Positions 1 to 7,444 of a DNA stretch of 64,000 nt are shown piece after piece. The position numbers and the translations under genes are program-made. Origin of the DNA: an uncultured delta proteobacterium (GTDB lineage: Bacteria; Myxococcota_A; Polyangia; Fen-1088); the NCBI GenBank assembly GCA_963767925.1, contig CAVYGB010000002.1, positions 1,696,001-1,760,000 of the forward strand. The letters run 5' to 3'. Below the pieces are notes generated by a model. That model ran no database searches. It saw only the letters and a list, made by a program, of their open reading frames with translations, and was not told the DNA's origin. The first letter of the stretch is position 1. Each line of letters opens with the position of its first letter.

Positions 1-490
1 CGGCGATCTTCATGGCCCGCTCGGCCATCTCGCGGGCGGAGAGGGTCGTGTTCTCGGCCAGCGCGCGGGCGGCGGCGAGGGCGAAGCTGCCTCCCGATCC
101 CACCGCGGCGGCGGCGCCGTCGGGCTCGATGACGTCGCCGGTGCCCGAGAGGATCAAGGTGCGCTCGCGGTCGGCCACCAGCAGCAGCGCCTCCAGCCGG
201 CGCAGCGAGCGGTCGAGGCGCCAGTCCTTGGCCAGCTCGACGGCGGCGCGCAGCAGGTTGCCGCCGGTGTCCTTGAGCTTGGTCTCGAAGCGCTCGAACA
301 GGGTCAGGCCGTCGGCGGCCGATCCGGCGAACCCGGCCAGCACGCGGCCGTCGTGCAGGCGGCGCACCTTGCGGGCGGTGCCCTTGACGACGGTGTTGCC
401 CATCGTGACCTGCCCGTCGCCCGCCATCACCACCTGATTTTCTCGCCGCACGACGAGCACGGTGGTGGAGCGGATGCGGGCGGAGCGCAT
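1..490 (-). CDS. hslV: ATP-dependent protease peptidase subunit HslV (3' end outside the window)
   Basis: Not in the ORF track; manual minus-strand translation from ATG at 490 gives [45 protein letters not shown]...[19 protein letters not shown]...[16 protein letters not shown]...GSGG, the HslV Thr-protease signature. Confidence 0.97.
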   Translation of the reverse strand, partial: MRSARIRSTTVLVVRRENQVVMAGDGQVTMGNTVVKGTARKVRRLHDGRVLAGFAGSAADGLTLFERFETKLKDTGGNLLRAAVELAKDWRLDRSLRRLEALLLVADRERTLILSGTGDVIEPDGAAAAVGSGGSFALAAARALAENTTLSAREMAERAMKIA

Positions 491-593
491 GAAGGAGAAG
501 TTATGACCTCGATGGCCCCGCCCATGCAACCCTTGCGTGGCCCCTCGGGGGCGAGGACCCCCTTCAGGGCTCCGCCGTAATCACCCGACGTCG

Positions 594-665
594 TCGCCCG
601 TGTGGTCGCCCGTGTGGTCGCCCGTGTGGTCGCCCGTGTGGTCGCCCGTGTGGTCGCCCGGCGTG
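594..665 (+). repeat. 12-bp tandem repeat (TCGCCCGTGTGG) x5 plus one variant copy, intergenic
   Basis: Read directly from the sequence between the methyltransferase stop and the hslV start. Confidence 0.9.
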
Positions 666-701
666 GTCGTCACCTTTCGACCCGCGGCCGATCGGCGGCG
701 C

Positions 702-1688
702 TCAGGGCAAGAGGCCGGGGGCGGGGGGATCGTTGATCCAGGTCTTGGAGGCGATCTCGTCCTCCTCGACCCGGCGTTCGCCCTGGGCGAGGCTCCAGCG
801 CCAGTGCCGGCGGTCGCCGTCGAACGGGGTCGGCTCGATCTCGACCTCCACCGGCTCACCGGGGACGATCGGAAAGGGCGCCCGCAGGGGAAAGCCCATC
901 TGGGACCAGTGGGTCTTGGGATCGAAGGGGCCGGTGCCGAAGGCGATCCCGTCGGCCAGGTCGACGTCGAACCAGCCGATGAGGCCGACCGCGGTCACCG
1001 GCTCGGGGAACACGGCCGACCCGAACAGCACCTCGGGCGTCCCGTTGCACGACGACATGTCGAGGGTGCCGAGGGGAATCACCGTCGGCGCCACCTGCGA
1101 GGGCTTGAGGGTCCGGGTCTCGGTGCGGGCGAAAGAGAGCTCCGACAGGGGCGAGAAGTCGATGCCGTAGGGGCGGCTGTCGAAGTAGCTGTAGCGGGTG
1201 TGAAAGGCCGGGTCGACGACCACCGCCGCGTTCAGGGAGATGCTGCGCGGGATCATGGTGCCCCCCGGGCGCAGGTAGCGGTCGCGCAGGCGGACCAGGG
1301 GCTCGAGCATCGACTCGTTGAACACGAAGTGCCCCATCCACTCGGACACGATGACGTCGACCGCCGAGGGCAAGCTCACCTCGTCGTCCTGGAAGGAGAA
1401 CTCGATGCGGTCGAAATTGTTGGCCCGGGCCACCGCCTGGGCTCCCAGGATGAGGGCCGCGCGATCGACGGCGTAGATGCGGGCCGCACCCGCCTGGTGG
1501 GCGAAGAAGGACAGGATGCCGGTGCCGCACCCGAAGTCGAGCACCCGGTGTTGGGGCTGGACCACCGCCTGGATCGCCCGCTCGTAAGCGAGCGTCCGCA
1601 CGGTGTCCGAGAGCATCACTTGATGCACGGAGAGATCGGCGTACGACGACAGGCCCCCACAGTACCAGCCCGCGCCACCGCCGTTCAC
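702..1688 (-). CDS. Class I SAM-dependent methyltransferase, protein arginine methyltransferase (PRMT)-like
   Basis: Motifs SYADLSVHQVMLSDTVRT, VLDFGCGTGILS, VDVIVSEWMGHFVFNESM, RDRYLRPGGTMIP, YGIDFS and TGPFDPKTHWSQ. Confidence 0.9.
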   Translation of the reverse strand: MNGGGAGWYCGGLSSYADLSVHQVMLSDTVRTLAYERAIQAVVQPQHRVLDFGCGTGILSFFAHQAGAARIYAVDRAALILGAQAVARANNFDRIEFSFQDDEVSLPSAVDVIVSEWMGHFVFNESMLEPLVRLRDRYLRPGGTMIPRSISLNAAVVVDPAFHTRYSYFDSRPYGIDFSPLSELSFARTETRTLKPSQVAPTVIPLGTLDMSSCNGTPEVLFGSAVFPEPVTAVGLIGWFDVDLADGIAFGTGPFDPKTHWSQMGFPLRAPFPIVPGEPVEVEIEPTPFDGDRRHWRWSLAQGERRVEEDEIASKTWINDPPAPGLLP

Positions 1689-1876
1689 GTCATTCCATGC
1701 CCGAACCCCGCCCTCGTCCCCCCGTCGCCCACGCCCCCCAGCGCGTTTCCCACTTGACCTGCCCCGCGCCCCGAAGAAAACACCCCGGATTCGCCCCAGT
1801 TGATCGCCACCTGACCTGCAGAGCGAGCGGAAGGAAACGAGCCAGATCGCCCTTCAGGCTCGAGTCCCCACAAGGT

Positions 1877-1922
1877 GTTCGCCCTCGCCCCGCGCCAGCG
1901 GGGAGAGGGCCGGGGTGAGGGG
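1877..1922 (-). repeat. boxC/REP-like palindromic element, single copy
   Basis: GTTCGCCCTCGCCCCGCGCCAGCGGGGAGAGGGCCGGGGTGAGGGG; related copies at 5609, 5956, 29036 and 29159. Confidence 0.8.
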
Positions 1923-1936
1923 CGCTCGCTCGAGCC

Positions 1937-2893
1937 CTACGGCACTGGCTGGGCGGCCGCCGGGCGGGAGCGGCGCGTGCGCTGCTCTTCCTGGTTGCCC
2001 GACGGCTGCGCGGGCGGGGTCACCCGGCGGGGAGCAGGGTCGACGCGGATCGGGGTTGTCTGCGCCGGGGCCGGCTGGGCCACCGGCCGCACCCGGTGCG
2101 GGCCGCTGTTGCCCGAGGTCGGCTGCGAGGGGGGCGACGTGCTCCAGCTCGAGGGCGGACGGGTCTGCGCGGGCGGCGCGCTGGAGGGGGCCGCCGGGGC
2201 CGGGCTGGCCCGCCAGGTCCCACCGGAAGAGCCGCTCGGCGCGCCGGTCGAGGGCGCGGCCGGCGCCGGGGTGGCCCGGCCATAGCTCCCGTTGCTCGAG
2301 GGAGCGGCCGGGGCGGGGCTGGCCCGCCAGCTCCCGCCTGAAGGCGCGGCCGGCGCGGGCGACGCGCGGTAGTTGCCCGAGGGGGCCGCCGGGGCGGGCG
2401 AGCCGCGCCAGCTCCCGCTGGCCGGGGGCGCCTGCGTGGGGCGGCTGGGGTAAGAGGGCGCCGCCGCCGCGGGCGCACCCCGCCAGGACCCGCGCGCCGG
2501 CGGCGCCGGGCGGGCGTAGCGATAGTCGCGGCGGCCGTCCCGGCCCATCCAGTGGCCGCGGTGGTAGTGCCAGCGGCCGTGGTTGTGGGTGTAGCGCGGT
2601 TCAACGTAGACGTAGCCCTGGCGGGGATACAGCCAGTAGCCGTTCACCCAGTACCAGTCGTAGCCGGTCCAGTCCCAGTAGCCGCGCTGCCAGGTGTAGC
2701 CGTGGCCAGGAGGCGGGGTGGGGTACTCGACAACCGGGGCCGGTGGCGCCTGCGCCACGTACACCTCGTTGTAGTTGGGATCGTAGGGCTCGCCGCCCGA
2801 GGGGTAGGCCACCGGCTGGCCGCGGACGACGCAGCCGGAGAGCCCGCCCGCGAGAAGCAGAGCGCCAAGCACCAGGCTGGTCGTTCGCGTCAT
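1937..2893 (-). CDS. YXWGXW-repeat lipoprotein with a Pro/Ala/Ser-rich repetitive tail
   Basis: ATG at 2893 with GGAGGA upstream; lipobox LSGC; YTWQRGYWDW, WYWVNGYW and WHYHRGHW repeats; C-terminal WRASPAPAAPSS-type repeats. Confidence 0.85.
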   Translation of the reverse strand: MTRTTSLVLGALLLAGGLSGCVVRGQPVAYPSGGEPYDPNYNEVYVAQAPPAPVVEYPTPPPGHGYTWQRGYWDWTGYDWYWVNGYWLYPRQGYVYVEPRYTHNHGRWHYHRGHWMGRDGRRDYRYARPAPPARGSWRGAPAAAAPSYPSRPTQAPPASGSWRGSPAPAAPSGNYRASPAPAAPSGGSWRASPAPAAPSSNGSYGRATPAPAAPSTGAPSGSSGGTWRASPAPAAPSSAPPAQTRPPSSWSTSPPSQPTSGNSGPHRVRPVAQPAPAQTTPIRVDPAPRRVTPPAQPSGNQEEQRTRRSRPAAAQPVP

Positions 2894-2992
2894 GGGTCGT
2901 GTTCCTCCAATGTCAAAGACGCACGAGCGTGCGATTGGATTCAAGGGGCAGCCCGGTGCACCGTGCGCGGCGCGGCCCCCGGATCACGCACC

Positions 2993-3622
2993 TCAGCGCT
3001 GCCCGCGGTCGGGCGCCGAGACCGACACCGCGGGGCCCAGGCGCTCGAACTCGGCCTCGTAACCGAAGGGCCTGGTCACTGCCCGGATCAGCTCGCGCGC
3101 GTGGGCGTCGGCCTTCTCGAGCACCCCCTGGTTCAGCGCCTCGCGCTCGACCGCCGCCCGGGCCTCCTGGTGCAGCTTCTGGTAGTCGCCCGGCTCGATC
3201 CGGTTGCACACGCTGCCGTCGGCGACGACCAGCTCGGGGGCTGGCGCATCGACGTAGAGGATGCGGGGAGGCGGGAAGCGGACCACCACCTTGCGCTCGC
3301 TGGGCGAGGTGGAGAAGGCGACGTCGAGGCTGCCCGGCCGATCGAAGTCGTAGCCGGCCGCCACCTTGCCCCGGAAGAAGATGGCGATCGTCTTTTCGCA
3401 CTTGATGGGCAAGACGCCGAACAGATTCCGGGCCTCCTTGCGCATCTGCCAGCTCGACACGTTGGCCTCGACCGTGGTCAGGCGAGCCACCTTCTGGATC
3501 GCCTCGACAACGGTATGGCTCTCCCGTTCGATACGCTGGCCTTCCAGCCGGCGCAGGGCGAGCACCCCCCCGGCGATCACGGCCGCGCCAATCAGCGCGC
3601 CGACGAGAGCGGCCTTACGCAT
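2993..3622 (-). CDS. DUF4230-like membrane-anchored protein
   Basis: N-terminal TM segment (MRKAALVGALIGAAVIAGGVLAL), VVEAIQKVARLTTVE, FRGKVAAGYD, FPPPRIL and GVLEKADAHARELIR match the DUF4230 pattern. Confidence 0.75.
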   Translation of the reverse strand: MRKAALVGALIGAAVIAGGVLALRRLEGQRIERESHTVVEAIQKVARLTTVEANVSSWQMRKEARNLFGVLPIKCEKTIAIFFRGKVAAGYDFDRPGSLDVAFSTSPSERKVVVRFPPPRILYVDAPAPELVVADGSVCNRIEPGDYQKLHQEARAAVEREALNQGVLEKADAHARELIRAVTRPFGYEAEFERLGPAVSVSAPDRGQR

Positions 3623-4521
3623 GTACAGCAAGTATGCGGCCCCCCCGCCGGATCCGCGAGGGACCCCTGTCAGCGAAATTCTTTCGCCCCCCGCATTGGC
3701 CCCGCCCCCGCAAAGCCCAGACCACCCCCGATCCCCTCGCAGGCGCGTCTGCGCACCAGCCTCCCTCCCCCCCATCCCATGCACCCCCCCCACGCTCCGC
3801 CCGTCCCCGTCCCGGTCCCCGCCCCGCACCCTCCTCCCAACTCGTCCCCACCACCCGTGCTCGCTCTTCCTCGCCCCCACAGATCAGTCCACACATCCGT
3901 CCCCACCGGCAACCGCGTCTGATCACCCTCGGAACCACCTTCCCCCCCCCACGCCCGCTGTGACTCCCACAGCCCCCTCCCTCCTCGACCATCGACCCAC
4001 ATCGGACCTTGCACACCCCCGCCGTCCGCGTGCGTGCGCCACCGAGCTGTGGGTGCGCAGCCACCGATCTCCCTCCGCGCCGACTCCTCGCGGAACGTCG
4101 AGCCCTGCCGCCACTCTCCCTCCTGGACGTCGTTCAATACCGGGACGGAAAGGGCAGACCCGCCGCGTCCGCGACCGTTCTCTCTTCTACGTGGCGCGTT
4201 CAGAACGACGCGGCCAGCGGTGTGCGCCACCGCTGGATACAGCCAGCTCGTCCCCGCTCCGTTGACCGTCGGGCGCGCAGTTCCCGCCGATCGCGCGCGC
4301 CGTGTTTCGGGAAAAAGCGCCAAGGAAATTGTGCCCATTGAGCGCCGTGGCAGCCGGATGGCGCGCGCTTGTTTCGAGCGTTTCGCAATTTTTGAAATTG
4401 CTGGTCATCGTCTTTGACGCTTTCCGTATTTTGAAAAGCGCAAATGTGCGGTAGACGACCCTACATATTCATCTCAATCTTACGTACTCCTATATCGCTT
4501 TACCGTGGGAGGCATCAGGTG

Positions 4522-5448
4522 ATGAACATCGTTTCTCGACTGGCCGTGCTCGCGCTTCCGTGTTTCGTCCTCTCTTGCGGCGGCGATACGCAGCCGCCCC
4601 GTGACCCCGTCGTCCCGATCGGCAGCACCCCGCCGGCGCGGCCCTCGGGTCCGGTCCAGACCAACCCACCTCCGGTCGTGCCCCCCGTGGTGACGGCCGG
4701 CACCGGTGGCGGTGGTGGTGGCACCGGTGGCACCGGCGGCAGCGCGCCCCGACCACCGGACGCCCGTCCGGCGGACGCGCCCGGCGCCAGCGATGCCGCC
4801 CCCGTCGCCGCCTGCACCATGACGGTCACGGCGGCCGGCAACACCGGCCTCATCGACGACTTCCAGGACGGCAACGCCACCATCCTCGGCAACGATGGCC
4901 GGGATGGCACCTGGGTGACCTACAAGAGCGCCGCCACGACGCTCACCAACGTCATGACCGAGGGCGTGCCCGAGCTGCCCGCCACCGGCGGCGTGAACAA
5001 CGGCCGCGCCCTGCGCATGCGGGGCATGTCCACCGACCCGGCCGATAGCTACGGCGCCGAAGCCCAGATCACCTTCTCCGGCGATCCGGGCTTCTGCTAC
5101 GACGCCTCGGCCTACGACGGTCTGCAGCTCTCGATCAAGGGCCTGGCGGGCACCAGGGTCTACGTGCAACTCCTCACCGCCAGCGTGCGGGCCCAGAACG
5201 CGGCCACCCCCGACGCCCCCGTCGGCGGGCACTACCGCTTCCTGGTGAGCTTCACCAACAACCAGATCCAGACCGTGATGATCCCGTGGGCCTCCTTCCA
5301 GCCCGGCTGGGGCACCTCGCCCGGCCCGAACGTCGACCCCAAGCTGGTCTACGGCCTCACGATCGTCACCGCCCCCCGCGCCGCCCCCTCGACCGCCGGG
5401 ATCGGCACCTTCGACTTCACCGTCGACAACGTCCGCTTCATCCAGTAA
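4522..5448 (+). CDS. Lipoprotein with Pro/Gly linker and a CBM11/CIA30-like carbohydrate-binding beta-sandwich domain
   Basis: Lipobox VLSC; LIDDFQDG, GRDGTW, YDASAYDGLQLSIKG, IPWASF and FDFTVDNVRF. Confidence 0.75.
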   Translation: MNIVSRLAVLALPCFVLSCGGDTQPPRDPVVPIGSTPPARPSGPVQTNPPPVVPPVVTAGTGGGGGGTGGTGGSAPRPPDARPADAPGASDAAPVAACTMTVTAAGNTGLIDDFQDGNATILGNDGRDGTWVTYKSAATTLTNVMTEGVPELPATGGVNNGRALRMRGMSTDPADSYGAEAQITFSGDPGFCYDASAYDGLQLSIKGLAGTRVYVQLLTASVRAQNAATPDAPVGGHYRFLVSFTNNQIQTVMIPWASFQPGWGTSPGPNVDPKLVYGLTIVTAPRAAPSTAGIGTFDFTVDNVRFIQ

Positions 5449-5604
5449 CCCGCCGCCCCCGCGCCGCGCCCCGGTCCCGGGGGCGCGGACGCGCCGGGCA
5501 GGTCAGCCGCCCCTCAGCGACCCGGCCGCGAGGCCCCCCGTCGCTGCCTGGAACGCCGGCGGACCCGCACCCCGGACGCAGCGTCTCGCTGTCCGGAACG
5601 CCGG

Positions 5605-6010
5605 CGGACCCCTCACCCCAACCCTCTCCCCGCTGCCGCGGGGCGAGGGCGAACGGCCATTGGGGGAGTGGAGAGCGCGGCCCTGTGTGGGCCCGGATCT
5701 ACTGCCGCGGGGCGAGGGCGAACGGCCTTGGGGGAGTGGAGAGCGCGGCCCTGTGTGGCCCCGGATCTACTGCCGCGGGGCGAGGGCGAACGGCCATTGG
5801 GGGAGTGGAGAGCGCGGCCCTGTGTGGCCCGGATCTACTGCCGCGGGGCGAGGGCGAACGGCCATTGGGGGAGTGGAGAGCGCGGCCCTGTGTGGCCCGG
5901 ATCTACTGCCGCGGCAAGCGATCGCCCGGGGAGCGATCGCCGCTGACAAACACCCGTTCGCCCTCGCCCCGCGGTCCGCCGCGGGGAGAGGGTGGGGGTG
6001 AGGGGTCCGC
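5605..6010. repeat. Inverted pair of boxC/REP-like elements enclosing four tandem ~68-bp units (5633-5914)
   Basis: Left end GCGGACCCCTCACCCC...GGGGCGAGGGCGAAC, right end GTTCGCCCTCGCCCC...GGGGTGAGGGGTCCGC; internal units start at 5633, 5702, 5770 and 5838. Confidence 0.9.
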
Positions 6011-6013
6011 GAC

Positions 6014-7444
6014 CTAGCGCAGGCGGGCGAGGGGGCCCGTGCACCAGTCGGCGCGGCCGAAGGTGGTGGCGGGGATGCCCATCGCGTTGATCATCGAGAC
6101 GAGCAGGTTGTTGTGGGGCGTGCCCCCCGAATACTGCAGGAAGCGCCCGGTCTTGAAGTAGCCACCGCCGCTGCCGACGGTGACGTAGGGCGCGTCGTTG
6201 GTGCTGTGGGCGTTGCCCTTGCCGAGCTCGTTGCACCAGAACAGGACCGTGTTGTCGAGGATGGTGCCGCCGCCGGGCTCGGCGAAGCTGTCGAGCTTGG
6301 AGGCCAGGTAGAAGAACTGGGTGGCGTACCAGTTGTTTATCTTCGTCAGCTTGTCGAGCGCCGCCGCGTCGCTGTCGCCGGCGTGGGAGATGTCGTGGTG
6401 GCTCTGGTTGACGCCCAGCCAGCTCATGATGGTGCCGCCCGCCGACTTGCTGAACTCGATGGTCGACACCCGACTGAGGTCGCAGGCGAAGGCCATCGCC
6501 AGCATGTCCATCTGCATCTTGGCGATGCGGGGCATCTCCGCGTAGGCCTTGTGGTTCATGACCGGCTCGCCGAGCTCCGGTTTGGCGCACACGCCGCCCC
6601 CGCCGCTCGGCCCGGTCGCCGCCGGAACCCCCAGCCGGGTCTCGATCTCCCGGATGGCCTGGAAGTGCGCCTCGAGCTTGCGCCCGTCTTCGGCCCCGAT
6701 GCGGCCCTTGACGTAGCGGTACTGGTCGAGCACGGCGTTGAGGATGGTCTGCCGCTGGCCGCGCAGCCGGTCGATGGCGCCGCTGTCCCCGCCGCCGCCG
6801 CCCACGCTGAGGTCGGCGAACAGCCGGTTGAACGTGTTGACCGGGTTCTCCTCGGGGGGCAGGGGCATGTTGGGCCCCGCGTAGGACATGCGGTTGAAGT
6901 TCGCCGCGATGTCCGTCGAGCTCGTCACCACCCCCAGCTCGAGCGACTTGAACTTGGTGGTCTTGCCGATGACGTTGGCGATGTGCTGGTCGACGGAGAT
7001 GCCGTTGGCCCAGCCGCCGCCCTGACCGCAGCCGCCCCGGAAGGGCCCGGGGTTCGTCACCTGCCCGGTGAGCATGCCGGTCATGCCGTTCTGGTGGCCG
7101 TCACCCGCTCCGCCCGACTTCTGGTCGACGCCCCGGAAGACGATGACCTTCTGCCGCAGCGGCTCGAGCGGGGACAGGATCGGCGAGAGCTTGAAGTCGG
7201 TCTCGCCGCCGGTCGGCGACCAGTTCCGCATCGGCACGCCGTTGGGGCTGAAGAAGGCGATGAAGCGCTTCTTCACCGCCTCCTGGGCCAGGGCCTTGCG
7301 CGGTCGCATGGCCTCCAGGAAGGGCAGGGCGATCGAGACGCCGCCGGCCCGCAGGACGGTGCGGCGGCCGATGCGCGTCTTGCGCCCGTCGAAGGCGGGC
7401 AGGGAGAGGTCGGGGTCGCGGGTGGTGCGGTCGTTGATTTTCAT
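6014..7444 (-). CDS. DUF1552 domain protein with probable Tat signal
   Basis: IGRRTVLRAGGVSIALPFLEAM, FFSPNG, LSPILSPL, SVDQHIA, SLELGV, HHDISH and LDNTVLFWCNE; its start overlaps the upstream gene's stop (ATGA). Confidence 0.9.
   Translation of the reverse strand: MKINDRTTRDPDLSLPAFDGRKTRIGRRTVLRAGGVSIALPFLEAMRPRKALAQEAVKKRFIAFFSPNGVPMRNWSPTGGETDFKLSPILSPLEPLRQKVIVFRGVDQKSGGAGDGHQNGMTGMLTGQVTNPGPFRGGCGQGGGWANGISVDQHIANVIGKTTKFKSLELGVVTSSTDIAANFNRMSYAGPNMPLPPEENPVNTFNRLFADLSVGGGGGDSGAIDRLRGQRQTILNAVLDQYRYVKGRIGAEDGRKLEAHFQAIREIETRLGVPAATGPSGGGGVCAKPELGEPVMNHKAYAEMPRIAKMQMDMLAMAFACDLSRVSTIEFSKSAGGTIMSWLGVNQSHHDISHAGDSDAAALDKLTKINNWYATQFFYLASKLDSFAEPGGGTILDNTVLFWCNELGKGNAHSTNDAPYVTVGSGGGYFKTGRFLQYSGGTPHNNLLVSMINAMGIPATTFGRADWCTGPLARLR

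Noticed and set aside
702..1688. Annotation as PrmA (L11 lysine methyltransferase)
   Set aside because: It lacks the PrmA N-terminal domain and FGTGxHxTT-before-motif-I arrangement, and has the PRMT double-E and THW loops instead.
5633..5914. 68-bp periodic array as a CRISPR array
   Set aside because: Units are essentially identical over their whole length, so there are no unique spacers, and no cas genes are in the window.
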